Positions 14,839 to 27,179 are shown, numbered from the stretch's first letter. The stretch: 37,436 nt of DNA from Caldilineaceae bacterium (GCA_019455155.1 JACFMY010000006.1:1-37436); one strand, 5' to 3'. Numbers and translations are program-made. The notes: generated from the sequence alone by a model not told the origin.

Positions 14839-16071
14839 ATGCGTGCAAAAATCCTGAGCCTACTGGTGGTTCTGTTGTTGTTACTTTCCACATTCAGCAC
14901 GGCATTTGCTCAACCTGAACCCTTCTGTGGTGACCTGGATGAGGCCGACTGTGCGCTGATCCAGAATGCAGAAGCAGCCATGATGGATCTAACTTCTTAC
15001 CGATCCCTGGCCACCTATAATGCCACCGTAGCAGGGCTCCCTGGTCTGCCCGTAGATGAAATCGTTGTGGATCTGGAGGCCGATGCGGTCTTCTCATTGG
15101 ATGAATCTGCGCTCGAGGCCATGCAAGAATTGGCCATGGTTGAGAGCCAGGAAGACGTTGCCATGCTCATGGAGGAGTCACCCGAGGTCTTTGTTGCCTT
15201 CTATGATGGTGTGAACTTCGACATGAGCCTCAGCGCAATGGGCAATGCAGAAGTGGTTGATCTCCTTTCCCAGCAAAGTGGTTTGGATGTTCCCGAGAGC
15301 CTGAGCATTGGTCTGATCATGGTCGATGGTGTGCTGTACGCCGACCTGACCGAGCTCAAGCCCCTCATCCCAGAACTGGCGGGTGTCGAAGGGTGGATCG
15401 GCATTGAGCTGGTCAAGCTCATAGCCGCGGCGGTGGAGCAGGGTGTCTTTGCCCAGGCAGCGCAACAGATGTCTCCTGAGGCCATGACCGAGAATATGGA
15501 AATGAGCGGGATAGACCCGGCCTCTGTCGGTGCCCTTTTGGGTGTACAGGCTGCACTGGCCAACCCCGAAGCCTTTGAGCAGTTCCTTTCCATCGCGCGT
15601 GTCGACGATGCTGAGATCAATGGTGAGCAGGCTGCTGTCTTTGTCACCTCCTTTGACATCGCCGCCTTCATCAGCAGCCCCGAGTTCGTCGATATGGTGA
15701 AGATGTTGGCAGCTTCCGGTGCGTTGGGTGACGACGCTCCGACCGAAGCCGACATCGAACAGGGCCTGCAGATGGTCGGTCTCATGGGCCCCATGCTCTT
15801 CCAGGGTCTGAAGGCCCAGAATACCCTTGCGGTCGGTCTGGACAGCAACTATGTCCTTGCCACGGGCTCTCTCTTCTCCTGGGACCTGGGCAGCCTGCTA
15901 CAGATGGCCGCCATGAGCGGCGCACTGCCGGCTGATATGATGCCCACTGGAGCGGCTGCGATCATTGAGTTCAGCACCGAAGTCACCAACTCGGATTTTG
16001 ATGCCGATCTGACCATCGAGGAGCCGGCTGGCGCGCAGGTCATCCCTGCCGAGATCATGATGTCCAACTAG
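14839..16071 (+). CDS. Secreted, extremely acidic hypothetical protein
   Basis: AAAGGAG RBS and signal peptide MRAKILSLLVVLLLLLSTFSTAFA-Q. By my count there are only 8 Lys+Arg in 410 aa, against dozens of Asp/Glu. No His was seen. One N-terminal Cys pair (CGDLDEADC). No family is recognised. Confidence 0.7.
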   Translation: MRAKILSLLVVLLLLLSTFSTAFAQPEPFCGDLDEADCALIQNAEAAMMDLTSYRSLATYNATVAGLPGLPVDEIVVDLEADAVFSLDESALEAMQELAMVESQEDVAMLMEESPEVFVAFYDGVNFDMSLSAMGNAEVVDLLSQQSGLDVPESLSIGLIMVDGVLYADLTELKPLIPELAGVEGWIGIELVKLIAAAVEQGVFAQAAQQMSPEAMTENMEMSGIDPASVGALLGVQAALANPEAFEQFLSIARVDDAEINGEQAAVFVTSFDIAAFISSPEFVDMVKMLAASGALGDDAPTEADIEQGLQMVGLMGPMLFQGLKAQNTLAVGLDSNYVLATGSLFSWDLGSLLQMAAMSGALPADMMPTGAAAIIEFSTEVTNSDFDADLTIEEPAGAQVIPAEIMMSN

Positions 16072-16120
16072 GATATCTGGTCAGGATGTCCAGCCAGGAT
16101 GTCCAGCCAGGATATCCAAC
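16069..16120. repeat. Four copies of a 13-bp tandem repeat carrying 8-bp (near-)palindromes
   Basis: GGATATCT (16071), GGATGTCC (16084), GGATGTCC (16097) and GGATATCC (16110) are spaced exactly 13 bp apart. The array begins at the stop codon of the acidic secreted protein gene. Confidence 0.8.
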
Positions 16121-16198
16121 CAAGCTAGCGTGCGCCACCCTCCGGCGCTTTAGCAAGCGCGATCAGGGCCGGTGAACGTTGCACGGTAGAAGGATGTT

Positions 16199-16232
16199 AG
16201 GGCGGAGAGCAGCCTCTCCGCCCTATTTTTTT
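16199..16232 (+). terminator. Rho-independent terminator
   Basis: AGGGCGGAGAG-cagc-CTCTCCGCCCT is a perfect 11-bp stem followed by ATTTTTTT. It lies downstream of the 14839-16071 gene. Confidence 0.75.
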
Positions 16233-16398
16233 CGAACGCGGACCCGCGCTGCATATCTGTTGTCCCCTTTGCCCTACCCGTGATCCCATTGCTATTTTTC
16301 TGCGCGACTTTTTCTGCGCTACAATGGTCACACTCAACTCTCGACAACCAAGCCTTTTTCTCCACTGTCCCCTTCCACCGAGGGAAAAGGAGTAACCC

Positions 16399-18780
<2,382 letters not shown>

Positions 18781-18808
18781 TGGCCTGGGGGAGGCGGCCA
18801 CCAGACCA

Positions 18809-20092
18809 CTACGGTTCGTCTTTTGCTGTGTTCTTCACATAGGTGTCGAAGAACTGCACCGACCGCGCCATGGCTTCGGAAAAGCCCTGAGAGATGTTGT
18901 GGTCATCGCCCGCATAGGTGTACAACTCGGCTTCACCGTTGGCGTTGGCAATCTGGTCCAAGAGCGTGGTTGAGAATTCAAGTGGGACCGTGCTATCAGC
19001 TGTACCGTGGTGAATTTGCACAGGACCCGCCAGATCTTCCAAATAGCTATTGGCCGAAATCGAGGCCCAGAATGTGGGGTTCTCTTCGGGAGCCCCATAT
19101 TCGTCAATGAGCTGTGTCCGCCAGCGGCGCACATTCCGAGGAATATCTGTTGGGACTGACGCGCGCCGGTTCCAGCGTGAAATGAGATCAGGATAGCTGG
19201 CCACGACACCTGCCCAAATTACACCGGCCTTGATCTCCTTCGAGGTCACCATGGCGCGCAAGGTGATGTAGCCGCCCATAGAATGTCCCCACATACCAAT
19301 GCGGCCGGGATCGACCTCCGGCAACCGCTTGACAGAGGCCAACGCGTTGAGCACGTCAACGGTGTAGTCCGGATAGCCATACGCACCCCGCGCGTCCCCT
19401 TCAGAGAAGCCGTGCCCGCGGTAATCGGGGCGGAAGACGACGTACCCTTGGCTGGCAAAGCCGTCAACATACGCGACATACCGCTCAGTGGTGCGATAGA
19501 CCGCCGGCGGGATATAGCCATGGTTGAAGATGATCGCGGGCCAGCCGCTTGCGGGTGCATCACCGTCGGGGATCGTCAGCAGCGCATAGATCTTCAGCCC
19601 CTCTGAGCGATAGGAAACCAGGTAACGGCTGTAATTGGAGCCAGGCGCCAATGTTTCCTCGATGACAATCTCACTGCCCGGATAGCGTTGGTTGCGCAGG
19701 TATTCGACGGTGAGCGCCTCGCCGTCGAACGGCAGCTCTTCTGCCACCGGGTTGACCTCAGCCGTAGCTGGGCTGGCGTCTCCACCACCCCCAATGGCGA
19801 TCGCCGCGCTCTCACCATCGCCGGGAATACACAGCTTCCAGCCAACGTTGACGAAGTTGGCGTTGTCAATGACGGCGTAGCTGTCATCGACAGCCGCGGC
19901 CGCATTGGTGGCGCTGATGATCTGGTCGTAGGCCACAGCGCTGCCAAGGTAGCGTTCGGCCAATGTCGACATTGTGTCGCCAGCGCGGACGATGACATCC
20001 TGGCCACAGGCAGCCTGTGCCCGTGCTGGGCGTGGCGCAATGGGGGCGATGAACAGAATCAGCGTCAAAACAAGGAATATCGTTCGTTTCAT
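18809..20092 (-). CDS. Secreted LysM-domain alpha/beta hydrolase (S9 prolyl-oligopeptidase/dienelactone-hydrolase-like)
   Basis: Signal peptide MKRTIFLVLTLILF...ARA. LysM-like segment VIVRAGDTMSTLAERYLG...VGWKLCIP. Nucleophile elbow GHSMGG plus downstream D and H (HHGTADSTV). An alternative GTG start is at 20125. Confidence 0.8.
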   Translation of the reverse strand: MKRTIFLVLTLILFIAPIAPRPARAQAACGQDVIVRAGDTMSTLAERYLGSAVAYDQIISATNAAAAVDDSYAVIDNANFVNVGWKLCIPGDGESAAIAIGGGGDASPATAEVNPVAEELPFDGEALTVEYLRNQRYPGSEIVIEETLAPGSNYSRYLVSYRSEGLKIYALLTIPDGDAPASGWPAIIFNHGYIPPAVYRTTERYVAYVDGFASQGYVVFRPDYRGHGFSEGDARGAYGYPDYTVDVLNALASVKRLPEVDPGRIGMWGHSMGGYITLRAMVTSKEIKAGVIWAGVVASYPDLISRWNRRASVPTDIPRNVRRWRTQLIDEYGAPEENPTFWASISANSYLEDLAGPVQIHHGTADSTVPLEFSTTLLDQIANANGEAELYTYAGDDHNISQGFSEAMARSVQFFDTYVKNTAKDEP

Positions 20093-20314
20093 AGTCGAAT
20101 CTAGCCACCAATCGTGATTTGCCACCAGTCCTTCGCCCGCAGGGCGGGCTCGGGTATCTGGTCTGCTCGCACAATAGCATCGATCGGCGAGCCCAAGCAG
20201 TAGGGTTGATACCGGAAAACGCGGGCCTGTGGACGCATGGCCTGTCCATTATCCGATCCGCGTTGCTTCTCCGCGGCGATAACAGGGACCCTCAATAAAG
20301 AGAACGTCTAAAAG

Positions 20315-21226
20315 ATGGTCAGGGGTTCGACAGAGCGGCCAGGTCGTGCTACGCTTTACGCCATGAACGCAGATAACGCCCACTGGCAAATGGGGAACGC
20401 TCCTACGCCGCATCTACAGATCGATGGTATTGTATTTGATTTGGACGGCACCGTCTACCTCGGTGAACGCGCCTTGCCTGGCGCCGTGGAGGGGATCGCT
20501 GAGTTACGGCAACGCGGCAAGCAGACGCTCTTCGTCAGCAACAAGCCGCTGGAACCGCCAGCCGTCTATGCTGCCAAGCTGACACGCCTGGGCATCCCCA
20601 CGCGGCCTGACGAGGTGATCACGTCAGCTTCGGTGTTGGGCCACTACCTTGCCCTTCACACGCCGGAGCTTCGCTATTACGTCATTGGCGAACCGGCGCT
20701 CCGCGCTGATCTTCGCAGCCGGGGCTTGACCATACTCGACGAATTAGCCGGCCAGGATGCCCAAGAAGTAATCGATCCGGAGGGCATCGATGCCGTGATC
20801 GTTGCATTCGACCGCACGTTGGACTATCGCAAGCTCAATACGGCCTATCAGGCCTTGCGCAATGGCGCACGTTTCTTTGCCACCAATGCCGACAAGGCCT
20901 GCCCTATGCCAGGCGGCGCCATCCCTGATGCTGGCGGCACCATCGCTGCGCTGGAGCACATGACAGGGCGGAAGCTGGAGCTGTTGGCAGGCAAACCTTC
21001 GCCGATCATCATGGAGGTGGCTCTGAACAAGCTGGAACTGCCGGCTGCCCGCTGCATGATGGTCGGCGATCGCCTGGAGACGGACATCTATATGGGCCAG
21101 CAGGCTGGTATGGCGACCGCCGCGGTGCTTACGGGAGCGGCCACGCGTGCGGACATCGCGCACATGCAGGTGCCGCCGACTGTCGTGATCGACAATGTGG
21201 GCATGTTGCCTGCTTTGCTTGAATAG
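20315..21226 (+). CDS. HAD-IIA family phosphatase (NagD/PGP-like)
   Basis: Motif I FDLDGTVY, SNK, GKPS, and motif IV MVGDRLETDI. An alternative ATG start is at 20363. Confidence 0.8.
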   Translation: MVRGSTERPGRATLYAMNADNAHWQMGNAPTPHLQIDGIVFDLDGTVYLGERALPGAVEGIAELRQRGKQTLFVSNKPLEPPAVYAAKLTRLGIPTRPDEVITSASVLGHYLALHTPELRYYVIGEPALRADLRSRGLTILDELAGQDAQEVIDPEGIDAVIVAFDRTLDYRKLNTAYQALRNGARFFATNADKACPMPGGAIPDAGGTIAALEHMTGRKLELLAGKPSPIIMEVALNKLELPAARCMMVGDRLETDIYMGQQAGMATAAVLTGAATRADIAHMQVPPTVVIDNVGMLPALLE

Positions 21227-21270
21227 TTGGATCGTGCGCAAGGCCGCCGGCTAGACAGCCATTTATGTCT

Positions 21271-21828
21271 TCAGGGCAGCCGCGGTCGCGCCAGCGGCTC
21301 CAACCGTGCGTCCAGGTTCAGAGGGATCTCGGTTCGTAACCGTGCTGGGCCGCGGACGATCAACCCATCCGAAAGAATGCGGGCACGCAAGCCCCCCCGT
21401 CCACGCAGAAAGTGCTGTGCGCCGGGCGCCAGCATGGCATTCATCCACGCGCAGGGTGCGCAATGTTTCGCGCCAGCGAAGTCCACAACATGGGTTCCGA
21501 AATCAAGTTGAAAAGGCTGGCCAATCAGCTGGTTGAGGGGAACCCCTTCTACGACCACATTGCGCCGCATGAGGCTCGGCGACGCATCGGGTATTCCTAG
21601 TTCATCGCGTAGGGCGCTGAAGACTTCCCAGGCCACAAATGTGATCTGAGCGTCGTAGTGGGCAGCCACGCCCAAATACCGGTCGCCGCGCAGTCCCTGA
21701 CCGGTGACAGCTTCTACCTGGTCGACGTCCAGGGTCGCGTGTGGGCCTGGCCCGTCCTTGGGTCGTCCAAAATAGTTGTGTCCTGGCGAGATGAAGATGT
21801 GGCGGATTGTGATGGGATATGTGTGCAT
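21271..21828 (-). CDS. MOSC domain-containing protein
   Basis: About 185 aa from ATG 21828. ITIRHIFISPGHNYFG...VEAVTGQGLRGDRY and a C-terminal conserved Cys region (GAKHCAPCAWM) are typical of MOSC (YiiM/YcbX-like) domains. The ORF-track TTG start at 21924 adds an implausible extension. Confidence 0.7.
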   Translation of the reverse strand: MHTYPITIRHIFISPGHNYFGRPKDGPGPHATLDVDQVEAVTGQGLRGDRYLGVAAHYDAQITFVAWEVFSALRDELGIPDASPSLMRRNVVVEGVPLNQLIGQPFQLDFGTHVVDFAGAKHCAPCAWMNAMLAPGAQHFLRGRGGLRARILSDGLIVRGPARLRTEIPLNLDARLEPLARPRLP

Positions 21829-21933
21829 AGCTGGTATAGGTCTATATTGATCATGGAGACACGGGCGACTCAACAAAGGGACCACAGGCCGGCTCCTGGC
21901 AGACGGCCACTCACCCAAGCTCAACTCACCTTG

Positions 21934-23142
21934 TTATAGAACGGGTCTTTCCCCTGATTTTGGGGGGGCAACGACCGTGAAATCGGCCGCGACGCGGCCG
22001 GCATACTGGCCCAAAAGGGTTTCCACCCGCGCATGGTCCTGCGCCGCGACGACAAAGCCCACGTGATGTTCCTTTCGCAAACGCCAGACAATTTCAGGGT
22101 CGGTGTAGGCCGAGGTGTCGGGCCACGCCTGCCTGGCCAGCGAGACGATGAGCCCCGCGTAGCTGCGTTGGACCGGCGGCAGCGTGTACTCTCGCTGGTG
22201 TAGATGGGCCAACTCCAGGCGCGCCCATTCACGCCAGAGATTGAGCCCGGTTGCATGCTCGACCATGAGATCGATGTGCGCGCCGCCAACGCGAGCGGCT
22301 ATCTCCAGGAAATAGAACGTCCCATCCGCGTGGCTGCGGATGAATTCTGCGTGGGTGACGCCACGCACCATGCCCATGGCGGCGATTAGCTCACGATTGA
22401 GGGCCTGCAGGGCCTGATCCTCCGGCGAATTGTGGGCCACCAGACCAGTAACAAAGACACCACCACCCTGGTAGACCGCCATGGGCGGCAGGCCATATTT
22501 GCTGCAGACACTGAAGAGCACGCGCTGGTTCCACACAATGGAGTCCACGTGAAAGACGTCCCCGGGCACGAAGCGCTCCAGCACGTAGTATGATTGGCGG
22601 TCGCCCAGCTCATCCAGGATGGGCCACAGCTCGTCTGCATGGTTGACCTTGCGAATCCCCATGGAGCTGGCTTCGGACCGGGGCTTCAACACCCATGGTC
22701 CCGGTACACTATTCATGTAGGCGCGCAGGTCGTCATAGTTCAGTACATGGACGAACTCGGGTACAGGAATACCCTCGTCGCGCGCCTGCACCCGCATGGC
22801 CAGCTTGTCGCGGAAATAGCGTGCGGTGGAGCCGCCCATGCCGGGCATGCGTAGGTGCTCGCGCAGCTCCGCGACTGTTTCCACGTCGAAATCGTCCAGG
22901 GCAATGATGCGGTCGATCTGGCGTGTGCGCGCCAGGTAGCTCACGGCATAGGTGATATCGGGCTGCTTGAAGAGGTTCGCGAACGGCATGACGTAGAGCT
23001 CATCGATGGCCTCGCGGGGCCATGCTTCATGCTCCAGCTCCTGTGATGTGATGAGGATATTGTGGCACCCCTGCCGCTTGCATTCCTCGATGAACGCGCC
23101 GCCCTTGAAATAGCTGGCAAGACAGAGAATGGTTGGCGCCAT
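21934..23142 (-). CDS. ATP-grasp domain protein, substrate unknown
   Basis: Pre-ATP-grasp N-domain, then [29 protein letters not shown] and [12 protein letters not shown] (Mg-ATP site pattern). ATG at 23142 has an AAGGA RBS. An alternative start is at 23187. Confidence 0.75.
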   Translation of the reverse strand: MAPTILCLASYFKGGAFIEECKRQGCHNILITSQELEHEAWPREAIDELYVMPFANLFKQPDITYAVSYLARTRQIDRIIALDDFDVETVAELREHLRMPGMGGSTARYFRDKLAMRVQARDEGIPVPEFVHVLNYDDLRAYMNSVPGPWVLKPRSEASSMGIRKVNHADELWPILDELGDRQSYYVLERFVPGDVFHVDSIVWNQRVLFSVCSKYGLPPMAVYQGGGVFVTGLVAHNSPEDQALQALNRELIAAMGMVRGVTHAEFIRSHADGTFYFLEIAARVGGAHIDLMVEHATGLNLWREWARLELAHLHQREYTLPPVQRSYAGLIVSLARQAWPDTSAYTDPEIVWRLRKEHHVGFVVAAQDHARVETLLGQYAGRVAADFTVVAPPKSGERPVL

Positions 23143-23435
23143 AGGTTGAGTCCTTTGCCGGTGGCGTGACGTGGTGGTGGCCGACATGTTACTGGGAAAG
23201 GCGATAAGTATCAAATTCGATCCTTACCCCGCCGGCATGGTTACCTCCGTGCGCCACGCTGCTCGACCTCCGTTTTGAGCGGAAAGTGAGCAATAAACGG
23301 TCTTCATATTGGACAGGCCTCACCGGTACAGTTAGGGCGTACCGCACATGTGCCGGTTGTGCCTGGCACAGGCGCGGTGCCCAGATCGATTTCCAAACCC
23401 TACCAGCAGCTGAATTGCATGAAAGAATGGTGCAT

Positions 23436-23864
23436 ATGCCCACGGAAGCCAACAAGCAGATCATCCGGCGCATCTATGAGGAGATTATCAATCAGGAACG
23501 CAAGGCGGTTATTGACGAGCTCTACAGCGACGATGTGATTATCCATGATCCATTCACTGGCACCAGCCAGGGCATCGACGCGTTGAAAGGACTGCTTGCC
23601 ATGTTTGACGCAGCATTCCCACACCATCGGGTGGAATTGGAGGGCCTCTTTGCGGAGGGCGACTACGTTGCTGCTCTCCACACACACGTCGCTACGAACA
23701 ACGGCTCGTTCTTGGGCAGGCCGCCAACCGGCCGCTCTATACGCGTCAACGGACTTGAGCTCTTCCGCCTCCAGCATGGCAGGATCGTGGAGTTCTGGCG
23801 CAAAGACGACGATGCCAGCATGCTGATCCAGCTTGGGATGCTGCCCATGGAGCAACCATCATAA
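23436..23864 (+). CDS. SnoaL-like ester cyclase / NTF2-fold protein
   Basis: [20 protein letters not shown]... is the typical N-terminus of this family. [23 protein letters not shown] is also present. An alternative ATG is at 23427. Confidence 0.7.
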   Translation: MPTEANKQIIRRIYEEIINQERKAVIDELYSDDVIIHDPFTGTSQGIDALKGLLAMFDAAFPHHRVELEGLFAEGDYVAALHTHVATNNGSFLGRPPTGRSIRVNGLELFRLQHGRIVEFWRKDDDASMLIQLGMLPMEQPS

Positions 23865-23928
23865 GCTAAACTATATAGGTTGAACCGATCGCACCCCCTC
23901 TTTTCAACAGGCAAGACAGGAGGAGAAC

Positions 23929-24213
23929 ATGTACGGCACCGTTGCACGCGTCAAGATTGATCCGGCTAACCTGGAGCAAGTGAGATCACTGGCCACCAGC
24001 ATGGACAAGGCGCCCGGGCAGATCGCCCGCTATGTCTATCAGATGGACGCGGATCCAGGTGACCTGTACCTGGTCGCAGTCTTCGAGAGCCGCGAGGCTT
24101 ACTGGGCCAACGCCGACAGCCCAGAACAACACCAACGATACATGCAGTTGCGCGCGCTCCTGTTGGCTGACCCGGAATGGCATGACGGGGAGATTGTGGA
24201 CAGCCACACATAG
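23929..24213 (+). CDS. Small ABM/Dabb-fold (antibiotic-biosynthesis-monooxygenase-like) protein
   Basis: 94 aa with a strong CAGGAGGAG RBS. YLVAVFESREAYWANADSPEQHQRY resembles ABM-domain proteins. Confidence 0.6.
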   Translation: MYGTVARVKIDPANLEQVRSLATSMDKAPGQIARYVYQMDADPGDLYLVAVFESREAYWANADSPEQHQRYMQLRALLLADPEWHDGEIVDSHT

Positions 24214-24412
24214 CGTCTGCACTTCGCCGTATCTCTGGCCGAGTAAGCCGAACACCTGAAGCGGCGATCCGCGGCATGGTAGAGTACTGAACGGTACGCC
24301 AGGGCGCAGCTCAGCAGCGATTTCTCGGCTGGGCAGAAATAGGCCGGAGACCGAAGGCGCGCCGACCCGGCAGGCAGGGAAGCTGGCGGGATGCCAGGGT
24401 AACCGGGCGAAT

Positions 24413-25225
24413 GTGGGTGTCATGATGGTGCAGATACAGCGCCGCGTGGTAATGATCGCGGGCATGATAGCAGTACTCGCGGTGGCCGCGTGCCAGCCGG
24501 TATCGTGGCGCGGCCGCGAGCACGAGCTCATCCGCCAGGCGCTGCAGATTAACCAGACCGACGGTGCTGTTTACGTATACGTCCCTGGTGGAGAGGCCGT
24601 CTTTGGCTATGCCGGCTCGATCTCTGGAGAGGTCATGCTGCCGGTCGCATCATTCTGGATCATGCGGACAGAGGTGACGAACGCCCTCTACGCGCGGTGT
24701 GTTGCGGCCGGCAGCTGTACACCACCGGCGAATGACCGGTGGCAGGACCTCCCCTTTGCGCGCCACCCCGTTGTCAACGTAAGCTGGGCGCAGGCCGCAC
24801 GGTATGCGGATTGGGCTGGCGGTCGCCTGCCTACGGAAATCGAATGGGAGAAGGCTTGCCGCGGTGTAGACGGCCGCGCCTACCCCTGGGGTGACAGGGA
24901 ACCCGATCCGGCGCTTGCCAACTACAACGGCGCCGTCGGCGACACCACGCCCACGGGCAGATATCCTGCCGGCGCCAGCCCGTATGGCGCGCTGGACATG
25001 GCAGGCAACGTGTGGGAGTGGACGTCCAGCCCCTACGCGGCCAACCCGTACACACCCGAAACCATGGCGCTGGCCGCCAGAGGTCACGAGCCGCGCACGT
25101 TGCGTGGCGGCTCCTATCTCAACCCGGCTGGCTACGGGATCCCCTGTACCAGCCGGGGGTGGGACGTGCCCGCGTTGCGCATCAGCTGGGTGGGTTTTCG
25201 TGTCGTTTTGGATGAGCGAGATTGA
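24413..25225 (+). CDS. Formylglycine-generating-enzyme family (SUMF1/EgtB/PvdO, C-type-lectin fold) lipoprotein
   Basis: Lipobox LAVAAC. TEVTNALY, HPVVNVSWAQAARYADWAGGRLPTEIEWEKACRG, GNVWEWTSS, RGGSY and GFRVV are also present. The start is ambiguous (GTG 24413 or ATG 24422). Confidence 0.85.
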   Translation: MGVMMVQIQRRVVMIAGMIAVLAVAACQPVSWRGREHELIRQALQINQTDGAVYVYVPGGEAVFGYAGSISGEVMLPVASFWIMRTEVTNALYARCVAAGSCTPPANDRWQDLPFARHPVVNVSWAQAARYADWAGGRLPTEIEWEKACRGVDGRAYPWGDREPDPALANYNGAVGDTTPTGRYPAGASPYGALDMAGNVWEWTSSPYAANPYTPETMALAARGHEPRTLRGGSYLNPAGYGIPCTSRGWDVPALRISWVGFRVVLDERD

Positions 25226-25259
25226 TGCCGCTGCTCGCGCGCCGGGCTATGGCCTGGCG

Positions 25260-26105
25260 CTATCCTTTGAGGGCGCCGGCCAGGATACCGCGGATGAAAT
25301 AGCGTCCCAGCACCAGGAAAAAGATCAAGGGAATGCCGATGGCCATCAAGGCGGCGGCCATTTGCAGGTTATAGAGTACCAGTGTGGTGCCCTTGGCTTC
25401 GGCCATGATGACCTGAACCGTCTGCGTCTGGCGCGAGGCAAGCGTGAGCGCCAGGAAGAATTCGTTCCAGACCTGGGTAAAGATGATAATCGAGACCGAC
25501 GCATATGCAGGGAGCGAGACGGGCGTTACCACGCGAAAGAAGATCTGGATACGGTTGGCCCCGTCGACGACAGCTGCTTCTTCCAGCTCACGGGGGACCG
25601 AGAGAAAGAAGGTACCCAACAACACGCAGGCCAACGGCACGTTCAGAATCAGGTAGCTAAAGATGAGACCGGCATGGGTCTGGCTCAATCCTGTCCGCGC
25701 CATGAGGATGGACAGGGGGATGATGACGACCTGGTAGGGCAGGTAGAGCGCGATGCCGACCAGAATGAAGAGGAACTGGGAGAAGGCGGTGCGAGTGCGG
25801 CTGAGATAATAGCCCCCAAGCCCGCCGAAAAACGCGCACAGCAACGTAACTGAAAACGAAATAATAATGGAGTTGATCAGCCGTGGGATCATTTCGCTAC
25901 GGAAACGGGGGCTACCAAAGAGCACCTCAGCAAAGTTGCTCCACACAGGCGTAAATGTAGGCATAAGGTATTGGCCGCGGTTGATCTCTTCTGCAGTCTT
26001 GAGCGCCGTAACGACCATCACATAAATCGGCACCAGATACAGGACACTCAACACCACCAGGATTAGGAAGGCAATCAGCTTTGTCGCTCGACTCTTGCTT
26101 TTCAT
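25260..26105 (-). CDS. Carbohydrate ABC transporter permease (MalG-like)
   Basis: Six TM segments and an EAA-loop (ELEEAAVVDGANRIQIFFRV). ATG at 26105 overlaps the upstream stop (ATGA) and has AGGAA 9 nt upstream. The ORF-track start is 26114. Confidence 0.85.
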   Translation of the reverse strand: MKSKSRATKLIAFLILVVLSVLYLVPIYVMVVTALKTAEEINRGQYLMPTFTPVWSNFAEVLFGSPRFRSEMIPRLINSIIISFSVTLLCAFFGGLGGYYLSRTRTAFSQFLFILVGIALYLPYQVVIIPLSILMARTGLSQTHAGLIFSYLILNVPLACVLLGTFFLSVPRELEEAAVVDGANRIQIFFRVVTPVSLPAYASVSIIIFTQVWNEFFLALTLASRQTQTVQVIMAEAKGTTLVLYNLQMAAALMAIGIPLIFFLVLGRYFIRGILAGALKG

Positions 26106-27025
26106 GCGAACCATTTCCTAAACGCGTAAAGGGTGTAGGGTATGACCAGGATGAATGACATGAGGAAAATAATGACGCCCAGGCCAGCGCCCGCGGAGAC
26201 CAGGTGCTGTTGGAATGTGGTGATCCACATGTTCAAGGCCAGCACGTCGGTCGAGATACCGGGCCCGCCATAGGTGACGATAAAGACGATGTCGAACACC
26301 TTGAGTGTGGAGATGAGCAAGAGGGAGATCAGAATCAGCAGACCCGCGCGAATGTTAGGAATGATGACCGAGAAGAGTATCCGCAAGCGGCTGGCGCCGT
26401 CTACGCGGGCAGCCTCGACCAGCTCCTGCAACTCGGTGGTGCGAAAGGATGACTGGACGATGATGACGGCAAAGCCAAGATACTGCCACATGAAGATGAG
26501 GATCAGCCAGTAGGTGGCGGTCTCCGGGTTCGTCGTGTAGCGGAAGGGCGCGTCAAACCCAATGCTGCGCAGCACCGTGTTGATGACGCCGCGTCCCGGT
26601 TCGTACATCCATGACCAGACCGTGCCCGTCACGATAAACGACATGGCCACCGGGTAGAGGATCAACGTGCGGATATAGGTCTCAATTCTGGGAAAGGGAG
26701 TCAGCTCAAGGAAATAGGCCAAAAAGATCGCAATCAGTACCGTGGGGAAGACGCCCAGAATCAACCACTTTAGGTTGTTGATGATATCGACTTCGAACCG
26801 GGGCTGGGCAATAAGAAACTGATACCACTTCAGGCCAGCAAATTCATAATTCGGCGCGATGGTTGCCCAATTCGCAAACGAAACGTAGATGGTCCACATC
26901 AATGTGCCGTAGAGCAAAACCAGGAAAAAGAGCAGAGGAAATAGAAATACCAGATTCTCAGCGATACTCAATCGTTTGAGACTTGCGGGCTTTTGCACGG
27001 AGCCCTCGGTTGCCGTTGTTGCCAT
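26102..27025 (-). CDS. Carbohydrate ABC transporter permease (MalF-like)
   Basis: TM-rich protein with an EAA-loop (ELVEAARVDGASRLRILFSVIIP). ATG at 27025; an alternative GTG is at 27037. Confidence 0.85.
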   Translation of the reverse strand: MATTATEGSVQKPASLKRLSIAENLVFLFPLLFFLVLLYGTLMWTIYVSFANWATIAPNYEFAGLKWYQFLIAQPRFEVDIINNLKWLILGVFPTVLIAIFLAYFLELTPFPRIETYIRTLILYPVAMSFIVTGTVWSWMYEPGRGVINTVLRSIGFDAPFRYTTNPETATYWLILIFMWQYLGFAVIIVQSSFRTTELQELVEAARVDGASRLRILFSVIIPNIRAGLLILISLLLISTLKVFDIVFIVTYGGPGISTDVLALNMWITTFQQHLVSAGAGLGVIIFLMSFILVIPYTLYAFRKWFA

Positions 27026-27072
27026 AGCGTCTCTCACTACCTTTTGGCGATCAAGAAACTGCCGGGAAAATC

Positions 27073-27103
27073 GGGTAGGGATGCTGTTGTTGCATCCCTA
27101 CCC
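27073..27103 (-). terminator. Intercistronic stem-loop between the SBP gene and the permease genes (attenuator or mRNA-stabiliser candidate)
   Basis: GGGTAGGGATGC-(7 nt)-GCATCCCTACCC is a perfect 12-bp stem. In the minus sense it is followed by GAUUUUCC. Confidence 0.55.
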
Positions 27104-27179
27104 ACCAATTCAGCGGCCCGCCACTCTATGGCCTCATTGGCCGCCTATCCTACTTCGAACTAACCATGCCGCCGTGGAA

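Noticed and set aside
18781-18808. Short hairpin GTGGCC-(10 nt)-GGCCAC between the convergent acylase and S9 hydrolase genes, as a terminator.
   Set aside because: It has only a 6-bp stem and no U-tract, which is too weak to call as a feature.
20318-20345. tRNA T-loop-like strings (GGTTCGA at about 20331, GGTTCAA at about 6565).
   Set aside because: No acceptor, D or anticodon arm complementarity could be built around them. The first lies inside the HAD-family CDS.
24214-24412. Possible riboswitch in the 199-nt leader of the FGE-like gene; GGCCGGAGACCG faintly resembles a cobalamin B12-box.
   Set aside because: The other conserved cobalamin-riboswitch elements are absent, and only short generic hairpins are present.
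24413-25225. The FGE / C-type-lectin-fold protein as a diversity-generating retroelement target.
   Set aside because: I found no reverse transcriptase and no template-repeat copy of the gene's 3' end anywhere in the window. The C-terminus looks like an ordinary FGE-family ending.
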